The notes below the pieces were generated by a model. It worked only from the letters and a program-made list of their open reading frames with translations. It did not search any database and was not told where the DNA came from. From the NCBI GenBank assembly GCA_963793265.1, contig CAWBZI010000001.1:1696001-1760000 (forward strand): a DNA stretch of 64,000 bases, given 5' to 3'. The number at the start of each line of letters is the position of its first letter. The stretch's first letter is position 1. The translations under genes and the position numbers were made by a program. The stretch is from an uncultured cyanobacterium. Its GTDB lineage: Bacteria; Cyanobacteriota; Cyanobacteriia; Phormidesmidales; Phormidesmidaceae. Below are positions 1 to 9,487 of the stretch, piece after piece.

Positions 1-1251
1 TTCTCCCATCCAGATCATCGGAATGCCCATCGCCGTCATCACCAGCGCTGCGCCAAACTTAGCTCGTTTAAAAGCAGCCTCATCAAAGATTTCAGCATTT
101 CCTAAAATGGGCATCAGCCGGTCTTGATCGTGACTGATGAGATAGTTGATGATATCAGAGGTACTTTGAAAGCCCTGCTGAGTTGGGTCGATCAAATCCT
201 TCACCCGCTCAAGACTATCTTCTGGTTTGAACAATACATCTAAAAAGTTGTAGTGAAAGCTAACGCGCCAGCTACTATCAACCGGCCCCTCTAAGCCAGA
301 GATCTCAGGCTTTTCAGGAATATGCTCACCAGCTGTAAATAATGTTCTAGGCTTAGCTGCCATCCCTGCTTCATCAACAATCCAGGCTAAAAAGTCAGGG
401 CGATCGAGCTGCTTTACCGCATCAAAGCGCAGGCCGTCGAAGCGATATTCAGTAATCCAAAAATTGACCATATCCCGCATGAAGTCGCGGGCGGGATGGC
501 GATCGTAATTGTCGTCGTAGTGGTCGTAGTCAAACTCGGGGCCCCAGCTATTGTCGGGGTCTTTAGCATCGCGGCGGTACCAGTAATCGTAGTCGATTTG
601 GGTAAGCGGACTTTCAGACTCGGAGTGGTTGAGCACCACATCTAACATGACTCTTATGTTGCGAGCGTGACATTCGTCTATGAGCTGCTTAAGATCGGCG
701 GGCTTGCCATAGCTAGAGCGCAGAGCAAAGTAGTGGCGCAGGTTGTAGCCCCAGCCAATTTCCATCGGGCAAGACTGAACGGGCATCAGTTCGAGCGTGT
801 TTACGCCTAGCTCTTGAATGTAGTCGAGTTTTTTAATAATGGACTGGAAGCTACCGCTTTTATCTTCTTTAGCAGCAAAGTCTTGAACCAGCATTTCATA
901 AATGATCATTTCGTCGGGCTCAGGCACGTCTATCTGGTCGTGCTGCCAAACGTAGTCGTCAATGATGCGATCGCCATCTTTCACAATCATCACAGCCATC
1001 TGCTCAGCTTCATTCACCTGCGTGGCATAAGGATCAATCACCTCTACCCACTCGTCTTCCTCTAAAAAAAAGCTTTTAGACTGCACGCGAAACTTATACA
1101 AATACTCACCATCTTCAAGATCTACCTTCGTGCGAAAGTATCCATCTTTTCCCTTCTCCATCTCTAACGATTGGTCTTGAACAAAGTCACATAGCAGGAA
1201 AGCCTTTGCGTTGTAAGGAGCCCACAGTTTGAAATCAATAGAAGATGACAT
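1..1251 (-). CDS. GH13 alpha-amylase-family glycoside hydrolase with N-terminal CBM48/early-set-like domain (3' end runs off window)
   Basis: Not in the ORF track because it is open at the edge. Manual translation from ATG at 1251: MSSSIDFKLWAPYN...LGVNTLELMPV...GWGYNLRHYFA...DVVLNH...FDGLRFDAVK, i.e. GH13 conserved regions. GGTGGAG RBS upstream. Confidence 0.9.
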   Translation of the reverse strand, partial: MSSSIDFKLWAPYNAKAFLLCDFVQDQSLEMEKGKDGYFRTKVDLEDGEYLYKFRVQSKSFFLEEDEWVEVIDPYATQVNEAEQMAVMIVKDGDRIIDDYVWQHDQIDVPEPDEMIIYEMLVQDFAAKEDKSGSFQSIIKKLDYIQELGVNTLELMPVQSCPMEIGWGYNLRHYFALRSSYGKPADLKQLIDECHARNIRVMLDVVLNHSESESPLTQIDYDYWYRRDAKDPDNSWGPEFDYDHYDDNYDRHPARDFMRDMVNFWITEYRFDGLRFDAVKQLDRPDFLAWIVDEAGMAAKPRTLFTAGEHIPEKPEISGLEGPVDSSWRVSFHYNFLDVLFKPEDSLERVKDLIDPTQQGFQSTSDIINYLISHDQDRLMPILGNAEIFDEAAFKRAKFGAALVMTAMGIPMIWMGE

Positions 1252-1311
1252 AAAAACGTACTCCACCAGGGATATTTGTATGTATGCTATGACACATACA
1301 ACAAAACCACA

Positions 1312-1327
1312 TCTAGCCTAATAGAGA
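1312..1327. promoter_or_regulatory. Candidate 7-2-7 operator TCTAGCC-TA-ATAGAGA upstream of the GH13 gene
   Basis: Matches the recurrent palindrome; lies 22 nt upstream of a minus-strand TAGCAT -10 (1284-1289). Confidence 0.5.
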
Positions 1328-1460
1328 TACTGTCTACGCCTGTTGGTTTACGTTCAACAACTGTTGACAACTGCAATACTCCGTACTGGAATACTTTGTA
1401 AAAATCGTCATCTGCCAGGCGCTCACATGATGCCAGAGACTCAAACGACTACGCGCCTTA

Positions 1461-2174
1461 CTACGCGCCAAAACCACCATCAATCGTGTGCTGCGCGCCG
1501 GTAACAATCGAGGCTTCTGGCCCCACTAAATAAGCGACCATACCTGCAATCTCCTCAGGCTGAGCATGACGCTTAATCGCCATGAAAGAGTGCATCAAGT
1601 CTTTCATCGGCCCATCTTCAGGATTGAGATCTGTATTCACAGGGCCGGGCTGAACGCTGTTGACGGTGATATTGCGATCGCCAAAATCTCTCGCCAGCCC
1701 TCGTACCATTCCCTGCACCGCAGATTTGGTCATGCCATAGGCCGCACCGCCTGCAAACGGCATCCGATCGCCATTTACCGATCCAATAATCACAATTCGC
1801 CCGCCCTCAGGCATCTGCCGTGCGGCATCCACCGCCGCGTGATACGGCCCCCGCACGTTGATATCAATCATCCGATCTACGTCAGTTGGATCTAATTCCA
1901 ACGAGTGCCCAAGTACGCCAATTCCTGCATTCACCACCAGAATATCTAGCGGCCCCTCGTCTGCGATGACCTTACTGACAGCTTCGCGACTAGCGCTATC
2001 TGCCTGAAGCGTTCTGGCATTCGTTTGCTTCGAGAGGGTTTCAGCCGCTTCAGCAGAGCCACCATAGGTAAAGATCGTCTGCGCACCTTCTGCGATGAGC
2101 CGTTCGACAATGGCCGCCCCGATGCCGCGAGAGCCGCCAAGAACTAATGCTTTTTTGCCCGTGAGAGTAGCCAT
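1461..2174 (-). CDS. bdcA: Short-chain dehydrogenase/reductase, BdcA (YjgI)-like
   Basis: GGSRGIG Rossmann motif, YGMTK catalytic motif, 237 aa. Segments such as IGSVNGDRMP, MAIKRH and HTIDGGFGA match my recollection of E. coli BdcA. Confidence 0.8.
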   Translation of the reverse strand: MATLTGKKALVLGGSRGIGAAIVERLIAEGAQTIFTYGGSAEAAETLSKQTNARTLQADSASREAVSKVIADEGPLDILVVNAGIGVLGHSLELDPTDVDRMIDINVRGPYHAAVDAARQMPEGGRIVIIGSVNGDRMPFAGGAAYGMTKSAVQGMVRGLARDFGDRNITVNSVQPGPVNTDLNPEDGPMKDLMHSFMAIKRHAQPEEIAGMVAYLVGPEASIVTGAQHTIDGGFGA

Positions 2175-2243
2175 GATCCAGCCTCTTTATTTGTGTATCG
2201 GTTACTATAGAAATACGATAGCAGAGAACTTTTGAATAAGCTA

Positions 2244-2864
2244 GTGGTCACTAAAAAAATAGGAAAAAGAGGTCGGCCCAGAGGATTTGATGTAGATGAG
2301 GCGATCGCAACTGCGATGGCTCTATTCCATGAGCGCGGCTATGACGGTGTTGGCGTAGCAGAGCTGAGCAAAGCAATTGGGATTACTGCGCCTAGTTTGT
2401 ACTCAGCGTTTGGCAGCAAGCGAGAACTGTTTGAGCAGGTGCTTGGGCGCTATGTACAACAGAATGGCTGCTGGCTACCGGCTGCTTTGAGCGCAGGAGA
2501 GACTTTAGAGGCGTCAATCTCTAATTTGTTTATTCAGGCGGCTGAGAACTATGCTGCCGATCCTGAAAAACCAGGGTGCCTAGTTATGGACGGTACGCGG
2601 AACTGTACGGATGGTGAGGCGATCGCTGCAACAACCTGTTTTCGGCAGGCGACTCGGGGCTTGATAGGCGATCGCATCATCAAAGGCGCACCTAAGCTGT
2701 CAAAGTCTGAAGCGGATTTACTGACGAACTATGCGGTGATGATTTTGGTTGGGCTCTCGGGTAGCGCCAGAGATGGGATGACGGTGAAAGCTTTGAGAGG
2801 GGTAGCTGAAATTGCGGCGGCAGGATTTGTGCAAAGGCTTAGTCGGTCTTTAAGTGCAAGATAA
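2244..2864 (+). CDS. bdcR: TetR-family regulator, BdcR (YjgJ)-like, divergent from the SDR
   Basis: GRPRGFD...PSLYSAFGSK TetR HTH and GCLV motif. A GTG start at 2244 gives MVTKK; the track start is 2232. Confidence 0.75.
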   Translation: MVTKKIGKRGRPRGFDVDEAIATAMALFHERGYDGVGVAELSKAIGITAPSLYSAFGSKRELFEQVLGRYVQQNGCWLPAALSAGETLEASISNLFIQAAENYAADPEKPGCLVMDGTRNCTDGEAIAATTCFRQATRGLIGDRIIKGAPKLSKSEADLLTNYAVMILVGLSGSARDGMTVKALRGVAEIAAAGFVQRLSRSLSAR

Positions 2865-2900
2865 ATGATAGCGATCGCCTATAAATAATTGACTACCCAT

Positions 2901-2937
2901 GAAAAAAGCCCCTACGAAGCTGTAGGGGCTTTTTTCC
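2901..2937. terminator. Bidirectional intrinsic terminator
   Basis: gaaaaaagcccctac-gaagct-gtaggggcttttttcc between convergent genes. Confidence 0.85.
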
Positions 2938-3001
2938 ATTGTTAACGTTTAGACGGCTAGTAAGCTAAAAAGAAAACGCTTGATACTACTTACTCAAAGG
3001 T

Positions 3002-3637
3002 CTACAGCGTAGTAGTACCCATTGTGCCAGCCGTGCCTGTTGTGCTAGCAGGTGGCTGAGGCGTTACCGTGCCAGGTGCAGCATTTGTTGCAGTTGAGGT
3101 AGTGCTAGTGCCAGAGAACGTGCGCCAGTCTCTAACATTGTTCTCCTGGAGAACAGCCTGAGCGGCCTGAATAGTGCTGGTGTCGCCTTCAACAATAACC
3201 AGATAGTCGCCAGACTTATTGACACGATCGTCATAGTACTGGGCCTGATCTTCGGGCAGACCCCAACCGACCAATGCACCCAACAAACCGCCACTAGCTG
3301 CGCCCAGCGCGCCTGCAAATACGGTGTTAGCAAGCAAGATGCCAAGTTCAGCAACAGGCCCTACGCCTGGAATAGCCAGTACGCCCAGGCTACCAATCAG
3401 GCCGATTGCACCGCCGCTAACGCCGCCGACTGCCGCTGCTTCACCCGCAGACTCGGCAACCTGAGAGCCCTTACTGTCATTGACGCTCGCGCCCTGCATA
3501 TTGCCCGACTCGCCACCTTTGTTCACCACCGAGATCTTATTCATATCGAAGCCGCTGTCGCGCAGCTTCATCATGGCCTGCTCAGCTTCTCTGCGGCTAG
3601 AAAAAAGTCCAATCGCGCGTTCTGTTTGCATAGGCAT
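3002..3637 (-). CDS. General stress protein (YflT/17M-like, Gly-zipper)
   Basis: AIGLFSSRREAEQA...L...GF...ISVV N-terminus and a glycine-rich LAIPGVGPV...GGLLGALVGWGLPEDQAQYY segment. Confidence 0.8.
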   Translation of the reverse strand: MPMQTERAIGLFSSRREAEQAMMKLRDSGFDMNKISVVNKGGESGNMQGASVNDSKGSQVAESAGEAAAVGGVSGGAIGLIGSLGVLAIPGVGPVAELGILLANTVFAGALGAASGGLLGALVGWGLPEDQAQYYDDRVNKSGDYLVIVEGDTSTIQAAQAVLQENNVRDWRTFSGTSTTSTATNAAPGTVTPQPPASTTGTAGTMGTTTL

Positions 3638-4018
3638 AAAGTTTTATTCCTTTACTAAAAGCGTACGGGCCCATACTCGTCAATCTAATTAGTATCTTCA
3701 TCTGTAGATAGGAAGAACGTTCCGTTGTTGAACGTTGAATTGATAGTCCTTTAGCATGTTACAAGGTAGCTCTAATGGACGAGAGCAAACGATATTTCCT
3801 GATTCTTTGCGTCTCAAATACTTTCTGACTATGGGTAGATTCAGGTTTTTGGGCATAAGTAACACAATATTTTTGAAGCGTTTGGAGTTTGAAGCGTTTG
3901 GAGTATGGGCAAACACTTCTATGAATCTTTAAAGTGTTGTGAAAAGGTACGAAAATTCAGAATATAAATAATTCGAGCTTACGAATCTGGTCTTTAGACG
4001 CTGGCAAACGCTAGCAGA

Positions 4019-4034
4019 TTCACCGATAGGGAGG
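4019..4034. promoter_or_regulatory. Candidate 7-2-7 operator TTCACCG-AT-AGGGAGG upstream of the photolyase operon
   Basis: Lies 23 nt upstream of a TAGGCT -10 (4058-4063). Confidence 0.45.
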
Positions 4035-4101
4035 ATGCAAAGATATCTGGATTTCTTTAGGCTAAAGGAATCTTTCGAGATATTTTTACATCAAAAGGCT
4101 A

Positions 4102-5658
4102 TTGTTAATGAATGCGCTGCAAGTTGTATGGTTCAAAAAAGACTTTCGCTTGTCAGACCATCAGTGCCTTGCCTTAGCCGCTAAGAAAGGGCCTATACTG
4201 CCTATCTATATTGTTGAACCGGACTATTGGGCGCTAGAAGATACTAGCTACCGTCAGTATTTATTTTTAAAGGGCTGTGTAGAAGAACTTGCTCAAGACT
4301 TGCGATCGCTGGGTACAGCACTAACGATACGAACAGGTAGCATCGTAGAAGTTTTGAAAGAACTCAGCAATACGTATTCAAATATTGAGCTGTGGTCGCA
4401 TCAGGAAACCGGCAACCACTGGACGTATCAGCGAGATCGAGCTGTGAGGAAATGGTGCCAGCAAAACGGCGTTTCTTTTCATGAGCCCTTGCAGTTTGGC
4501 GTGTGGCGAGGTTCCAAAATTGACCGCGATCATTGGTCACAGCACTGGGATAAGCTGATGGCCGAGCCGATCTGCCCGCTGCCAAAAGAGATCTCTTTTG
4601 TAGATAGCTCAACTGTAAATAGCTCAGCGCTTGAGAGTCTGCCTACACCAGAATCTTTAGGACTCGAACACGACGGTATTAGCAATTTGCAAACGCCTGG
4701 CAGAACGGCTGCTCTCGCGGATTTAAAGAGCTTTTTATACGGACGCGGTGAGCATTATCGCACTGATATGTCGTCTCCAGTAACAGGAGAAACAGGCTGT
4801 TCTCGGCTTTCGCCTCATCTCACCTATGGGACGCTCTCCATGCGAGAGATTTATCAGGCAACGCTGAAAAGGAGAGCTGAAGTATCGGCTTTACCCAAAG
4901 CAGAGCGCGGTAGCTGGCCGAGTGCTCTGAGTTCTTTGGTAGGCCGTTTGCACTGGCACTGTCACTTTACGCAAAAGCTAGAGCTAGAGCCAGAGCTGGA
5001 ATGGTTGCCGATGGCTAGATCGTACGTGGGCCTGCGAGCAGACGGCGATGATGCCGCTCGGTTAAAAGCGTATGACCAGGGCCAAACGGGCTATCCTTTT
5101 GTCGATGCCTGTATGCGATATTTGCGGGCGACAGGATGGATCAATTTTAGAATGCGCTCTATGCTCATGAGCTTTGCAAGCTACGACCTGTGGCTACCCT
5201 GGCAAAAGAGCGGTGACGTTTTGGCCCGACTATTTACCGATTACGAGCCCGGCATTCACTGGCCCCAAACGCAAATGCAGTCTGGTGTAACAGGTATTAA
5301 CGCTATCCGAATTTACTCACCGACTAAGCAGGGGGTCGATCAAGACCCTGACGGTACGTTTACGCGGCAGTGGGTGCCAGAACTTGCCCATTTAGACGAT
5401 GATGTTCTACAAACGCCCTGGCTATATGAGGGAGAGCTAGACTACCCTGCGCCGATTGTGGATCATCGACCTGCGGCGGCAGCGGCCCGAGCTAAGATTT
5501 TAGCGATTAAGAAAACGGCTGAGGCGAAGGCTGAGGCAGAAGCCGTGTACGAGAAGCACGGGTCTAGGAAACGGCCTCAGGGTAGGCGAGCCAGAAAGAA
5601 GACGAAGACTGCGGCGAAGAAAACAACAAGTAAGGAAAAGGCGAATGTCAGCAGTTGA
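4102..5658 (+). CDS. Cryptochrome/DNA photolyase family protein
   Basis: VWFKKDFRLSDH, CSRLSPHLTYG, GQTGYPFVDACMRYL..TGWINFRMR, DQDPDG.F.RQWVPEL; basic C-terminal tail. Start is probably ATG at 4108. Confidence 0.92.
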   Translation: MLMNALQVVWFKKDFRLSDHQCLALAAKKGPILPIYIVEPDYWALEDTSYRQYLFLKGCVEELAQDLRSLGTALTIRTGSIVEVLKELSNTYSNIELWSHQETGNHWTYQRDRAVRKWCQQNGVSFHEPLQFGVWRGSKIDRDHWSQHWDKLMAEPICPLPKEISFVDSSTVNSSALESLPTPESLGLEHDGISNLQTPGRTAALADLKSFLYGRGEHYRTDMSSPVTGETGCSRLSPHLTYGTLSMREIYQATLKRRAEVSALPKAERGSWPSALSSLVGRLHWHCHFTQKLELEPELEWLPMARSYVGLRADGDDAARLKAYDQGQTGYPFVDACMRYLRATGWINFRMRSMLMSFASYDLWLPWQKSGDVLARLFTDYEPGIHWPQTQMQSGVTGINAIRIYSPTKQGVDQDPDGTFTRQWVPELAHLDDDVLQTPWLYEGELDYPAPIVDHRPAAAAARAKILAIKKTAEAKAEAEAVYEKHGSRKRPQGRRARKKTKTAAKKTTSKEKANVSS

Positions 5659-7042
5659 AGGAATGGGTGATTTGATAGACAGGCAGGTGCAGGCGAATGA
5701 TAAGCCGCTGCTAGAGGAGGGTGACTATGTGCTAGTTGTGCTGAACCGGGCTTTGCGGGGTGAGAATAATCCGGTGATTGATAGCGCGATCGCCCAGGCC
5801 AAAACCCTAAACCTCAGCATCGTCGTCTACAGCGAAGTCGATACAACAGCCACCTACGCCTCAGATCGCCTCGTTTACTTTGCGCTCGGTACCCTGAGAG
5901 AATTAGCTAAAACACTTGCAAGCAAAAACATTCCCTGCGTTCAAGTTCTTGTAGAAAATGAAGATAGAAAGATACTTCTCGATCTGATTGCCAAAGCAGC
6001 GGCTATTTACACCGATGAGGACTATACAGTATGGGATAGAGTAAGGCTCGAACGGCTAAAAGATATTGCGAGCCAAAGCTTGTTTTACATCGATGCAGCG
6101 AGACTGGTGCCGACTCGGAAGCTACCTACGGGACTGAGTACTACGCCCGAGTTTAGGAAGGCGCATAGTGCCTTGAGAGATCGGTATGCTGATATGCGTA
6201 AGGAAGTTTCGGTTTTAGGCGAGGCGATCGCACCCCCCAAAGACATTCCCACCCAAAACTTCGCGACCTACGACGACAACGCCCTCAAAGATTTGGTATC
6301 TGAGTGCGACATCAATCACGACATCCTCATATCAAAAGAGCATCCGCCCACAAATGCCGAGATCTCAGCTCGCCTAAAAACGCTACAAAACAACATCCTG
6401 GCAAAATACAAATGGATTAGAAACAATCCAGCTCTAGAATATTCCACCTCTGAGCTATCGCCGTACCTACACTTTGGCTCAATCGGCCCGCATCAGGTGC
6501 TAGAAGCGATCACATCAACAGACATTCCCAAAAGCTACACCTGGAAGTTTAGAGACGAGTTCTTAACCTGGCGAGAGTGGTCACACTACCAGGCTTTTTA
6601 CACACCCAACCTGCACGAGTACGATGCCCTGCCCGATGAACAAAGACAAACGCTCGCAGATCACGCTGATGACAAACGACCAGAACTTAGATCATTTGAC
6701 GACATTTTGCACGGCAATACACCCGACGACACGTGGAACGCAGCTCAAAGAGAATGGCTAAACACGGGCTGGCTGCACAACAATTTGAGAATGTACTGGT
6801 CAAAGCAGATACTACGATTTACCGCATCACCCGAAGAAGCTTGGAAAGTCGCCTGCCAGCTTAATGACAGCCTTTCTATAGACGGCAGAGATCCAGCGAC
6901 CTATGCCTCTATGCAGTGGGCGTTTGGCAATGCCAAAAAAGGCTATAGCGAAAAAGAGATTTACGGCTGGGTTGCGCCAAAGTCAGACCGAGCGATCTTG
7001 AAGCGGAAAGGCATGAAAGAATGGATACAGGCTAGGCTATGA
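5645..7042 (+). CDS. Class II CPD photolyase-like protein
   Basis: SELSPYLHFG, WNAAQ...GWLHNNLRMYWSKQIL and LNDSLSIDGRDP resemble class II signatures (MH..MRMYWAKKIL, LND.Y.LDGRDP). Overlaps the upstream gene by 14 nt. Confidence 0.8.
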   Translation: MSAVEGMGDLIDRQVQANDKPLLEEGDYVLVVLNRALRGENNPVIDSAIAQAKTLNLSIVVYSEVDTTATYASDRLVYFALGTLRELAKTLASKNIPCVQVLVENEDRKILLDLIAKAAAIYTDEDYTVWDRVRLERLKDIASQSLFYIDAARLVPTRKLPTGLSTTPEFRKAHSALRDRYADMRKEVSVLGEAIAPPKDIPTQNFATYDDNALKDLVSECDINHDILISKEHPPTNAEISARLKTLQNNILAKYKWIRNNPALEYSTSELSPYLHFGSIGPHQVLEAITSTDIPKSYTWKFRDEFLTWREWSHYQAFYTPNLHEYDALPDEQRQTLADHADDKRPELRSFDDILHGNTPDDTWNAAQREWLNTGWLHNNLRMYWSKQILRFTASPEEAWKVACQLNDSLSIDGRDPATYASMQWAFGNAKKGYSEKEIYGWVAPKSDRAILKRKGMKEWIQARL

Positions 7043-7086
7043 GCTGAGTGCAAATGAAATCAACAAGTCCCAACACATCTCGCCTC

Positions 7087-7114
7087 AGAGCCCCATCATG
7101 GGGACGGGGGCTCT
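7087..7114. terminator. Hairpin between convergent photolyase and mysA
   Basis: agagcccc...ggggctct GC-rich stem with a weak U-tract. Confidence 0.45.
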
Positions 7115-7148
7115 TACCCAGCGTTCTCAACTACCGAGTATTCTCCTA

Positions 7149-8999
7149 TCAAACCGCAGACAACAGCTCTCGCCGCGCAGCCTGATCTTCAGACTGCGCC
7201 TCAGGATGCTCGCTGAGCGCCTGATCAGCAATAGGTTGTCCCACCGTCGCCGGATTCTCTAAGCCAACATCGCTACAGTGCGGATCAATTCCCAACCCCT
7301 GCCTCGGATAGTCCTTACAAACAATCCGATACTCTTCAATCGCCCTAAACAAGTCTTCTTTTGAAAGCTCATTCAAATAGCCACACTGACCGATCTCACC
7401 TTTAGGCAAAGGCGCAACCAAGTTCTGTCCACGCTTTTGAAAAATCTTTTCTTGTGAAGCCCAAAGCGTCTCTTTGTTTTCTAGCACCTCATGCCACAGG
7501 CTCAGCCCAAAGGTACTGATCAGCCGCATAATGCGATCGCACTCCTGCTTACTAATCCAGTTCAGCTTATGGCTGAGGTACGCCCCAAATCCCATGCCAA
7601 TCGCAACCGCGTGACCATGCAGCAAGCCTGCCTCAATCTCAAAGCCGGGCGACCACGTATGGCCGTAGGCATGAGGGCGGCACTGATGCGTTTCGTATAG
7701 GTTGTTGTACTCAGCAGCAACATAGCTGCGAATGGCACCGCCTAGAATCTTCTTAGAAAGGGTGTTGATGCGATCGCGCTCCTCACTACCAATCTTCTCA
7801 CCCTCGCCTTCCTCACAGTTCAGCGTTCCAAACCGGGTGGAAATCAGCGCCGCGCCTGCCTTCTCCAAATCATCAAACAGCTCAGCATCTTTCACCACCG
7901 CCATTTTGATAATTTCAATAATGCCGTGCCGCAGCCAGCCTTCTCTCAGCGTCTTAAAAAAGAACCGATCGGTAAGAGATAAAACAGGCGGATGATACGC
8001 GCCAAAAAGATTCTTATAGCCAAAGCCATCGCAGCAGGTACGCGGCGAAGGGCCAGCATCTACGCCCGCCACAATCGAGGTTGAGAGCATTACATAGGGC
8101 GTATTGCGATGATACAGCGCGCAGGCTAGCCCGCCCGTATCGGCTAGCACCCCGCCGCCAACAATCAGCACAGGTTCGTTACGAGAAATCCCTAGCCGCT
8201 TAAAGTCACCTAGCATTTTCTCGACAGTATAGATGCCTTTATCGACCTCCATCGCTCGGTATACGAGCTTTTCTAACGGAATGCCGTGATAGTCAAAGTA
8301 GTGCTCTAGCTGCTCGCCGTAAAACTGCTCTACGTTTTGATCGACTAGGCAAACGCAGCGGCTCTGTGAAACATAAACGTCTTTAAGCGCCGTTTGAGAA
8401 GGGTCGAGCGTATGGTCAACGATGCGAATGGAGGTAAACGTGCGAGAGCCCACCACCGCTTCAATCACCTGATCGTCTGCGGTACTTTCAACAGATCCGA
8501 CGCTTTCTCTGTAGCTAGAAGTAGGGTAGATAGCGTGAGGATTTGCTTTCACTAGGCGCTCTGATAGCTCTGTGTAAAAGGCTCTGCGAGCGCCCTTCAA
8601 AAGATAGTTCAACAGCTTCTCATCGCGACATTCAGAGTGACTCACCGCCATCGCAAACTCATACCAAAGCCCACCTTCAGCTTTATCGAAGGCGGCTACT
8701 AGCTCTGCTAAAGCTGTGAAAAAACGGCTCAGCGAAAAGTTCAAACAGCTCCGAAGGCTTCGGCAGGTTGATATGCCTGAAACTGCACTAGCAGCAGCAA
8801 ATTCTTTACCCAGCTTGTCACTAAAGGCAGGGGCGTCAATCAGCGCTAGCAGTAAACTGCCAAGGCTTTCACTAGAAAGGATGGTGTCGAGGCGTGCGCT
8901 TAAGTCTTGAGAGGAAAGCGCGCTGTCTTCTCGGACAAAATTATTCTGGGCACAAGAGATAAAAGACTCAATTGCCGCGGTCGTCGTCGATAGGGTCAT
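7149..8999 (-). CDS. mysA: Sedoheptulose-7-phosphate cyclase (DDGS/EVS-type, MAA biosynthesis) with N-terminal extension
   Basis: GGGVLADTGG.ACALYHR.TPY, HAYGHTWSP and LLHGHAVAIGM motifs; adjacent to mysB/mysC. Confidence 0.9.
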   Translation of the reverse strand: MTLSTTTAAIESFISCAQNNFVREDSALSSQDLSARLDTILSSESLGSLLLALIDAPAFSDKLGKEFAAASAVSGISTCRSLRSCLNFSLSRFFTALAELVAAFDKAEGGLWYEFAMAVSHSECRDEKLLNYLLKGARRAFYTELSERLVKANPHAIYPTSSYRESVGSVESTADDQVIEAVVGSRTFTSIRIVDHTLDPSQTALKDVYVSQSRCVCLVDQNVEQFYGEQLEHYFDYHGIPLEKLVYRAMEVDKGIYTVEKMLGDFKRLGISRNEPVLIVGGGVLADTGGLACALYHRNTPYVMLSTSIVAGVDAGPSPRTCCDGFGYKNLFGAYHPPVLSLTDRFFFKTLREGWLRHGIIEIIKMAVVKDAELFDDLEKAGAALISTRFGTLNCEEGEGEKIGSEERDRINTLSKKILGGAIRSYVAAEYNNLYETHQCRPHAYGHTWSPGFEIEAGLLHGHAVAIGMGFGAYLSHKLNWISKQECDRIMRLISTFGLSLWHEVLENKETLWASQEKIFQKRGQNLVAPLPKGEIGQCGYLNELSKEDLFRAIEEYRIVCKDYPRQGLGIDPHCSDVGLENPATVGQPIADQALSEHPEAQSEDQAARRELLSAV

Positions 9000-9487
9000 T
9001 TGCGAGGAAGCTTAAAGGGGAGATAGCACAAGCGAAGCGTTTTGTTTAGCCGAATTTATTTAGATTAGATTGGTTTGTTAAGGCGTCTCTTCTATGAGTA
9101 CTCTAACACAGCTTTTATGCGGGCAAGGTGATCCTACTGAAAAACTTTGATATTTTGAAACCCAATCATGACAAGGTTTACGGCTACTCACAGTGATGTA
9201 CTGTAGTCAATACGTCCTTTGAATTATTTCTGTACCCCTCGGGTTGAAAAGGCGTCAATAAAACACGCACATCACATTCTTTGTATCTTAGGATAGCGCC
9301 CGCAGCTTTTATGACGGGCTTCGAGAATGAATCCTTCTTTAGATAGAGAGAAGAGTGAGAGGCGATCGCACACAGTACTCGTTGCCACTAGCTGAAAATG
9401 CGCTAACAAGATGTGATTGCAAGAACGTGTAAGAAGACATAAGTTAGTAAAACGAAGCGAAATTATTAGGGCACCCGTAGGGATTAC

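Noticed and set aside
414..1065. Short ORFs 414-641 and 814-1065
   Set aside because: Alternate-frame and antisense shadows of the GH13 gene (1-1251).
7149..8999. aroB (3-dehydroquinate synthase)
   Set aside because: The HAYGHTWSP motif and adjacency to mysB/mysC indicate the MAA cyclase.
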